Shown here: one piece after another, positions 25,046 through 25,353 of the stretch
How positions within the stretch are numbered: position 1 is the stretch's first letter
How the letters are laid out: each line of letters starts with the position of its first letter
The notes under the pieces: generated by a model
Databases searched by the model: none
The model's input: the letters and a program-made list of their open reading frames with translations, nothing else
What the model was told of the DNA's origin: nothing
From: a virus
Lineage: Duplodnaviria; Caudoviricetes
Length of the DNA: 25,353 bases
Reading direction: 5' to 3' (one strand)
Virus record (IMG/VR): IMGVR_UViG_3300025818_000167
Coordinates: 1 to 25,353 of that record
Made by a program: the position numbers and the translations under genes

Positions 25046-25353
25046 TCACTTCAAATATAATTCGCCACCATAAACTAAACCATCTAACGGAAACTCTGTT
25101 AAAATACTCCAAGCATCCCCAAAATTAGATACCAAAGGTTTACCCATTACATTTAAGCTAGTATTTAATAAAGTATCACACCCAGTTTTATTATAATAAT
25201 TTTGTATTAATTCATTTAAAAGAGGGTTGTTATCAGTGGTGTGATGTCGACAGGTATTATCTATGTGTGCTACCGCAGGATATTTGGAGGAATCAAAATG
25301 TTCTGCAAACAACATATAGGGACTTTTCATAGCATGAGGATTAATTGTTGAAG
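25046..25353 (-). CDS. Carbamoyltransferase C-terminal domain (NodU/CmcH family), 5'-partial
   Basis: SPYML, PAVAHIDNTCR and LLNTSLNVMGKPLV motifs; the frame stays open to the window edge. Confidence 0.88.
   Translation of the reverse strand, partial: STINPHAMKSPYMLFAEHFDSSKYPAVAHIDNTCRHHTTDNNPLLNELIQNYYNKTGCDTLLNTSLNVMGKPLVSNFGDAWSILTEFPLDGLVYGGELYLK

Overview
AT-rich segment of a tailed dsDNA bacteriophage genome with no cellular housekeeping genes. It resembles marine podovirus-like phages of streamlined Alphaproteobacteria such as SAR11; the host is an inference. Left to right: (1) the end of a putative early operon (DUF932 gene plus a coupled 22-aa peptide); (2) a non-coding region with a terminator hairpin, a T32 run, a G6 tract and three tandem 32-bp repeats (origin or terminus candidate); (3) small genes including an HNH-type endonuclease and a ribbon-helix-helix regulator; (4) a leftward operon (SNF2-family helicase, DUF2061-like protein, Methyltransf_24-like SAM methyltransferase); (5) a rightward replication operon (SSB-like protein, AEP primase, SPPY-type DNA methyltransferase with a large Zn/HTH insertion, UvrD-like helicase, Leu762-type family A DNA polymerase); (6) a convergent late operon (carbamoyltransferase 3' end, small virion proteins, large putative ejection proteins, GH24 lysozyme). 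The best leads are two candidate structured RNAs. One is a hairpin at 8470-8535 whose loop is antisense to the DUF932 ribosome-binding site and start codon about 8.3 kb away. The other is a self-paired minus-strand element at about 15455-15651. Also notable are a six-fold amplified DPxSVVREGE motif and a shared A-x-G-[GS] motif in the ejection proteins. All family assignments come from motif recognition, not database searches.
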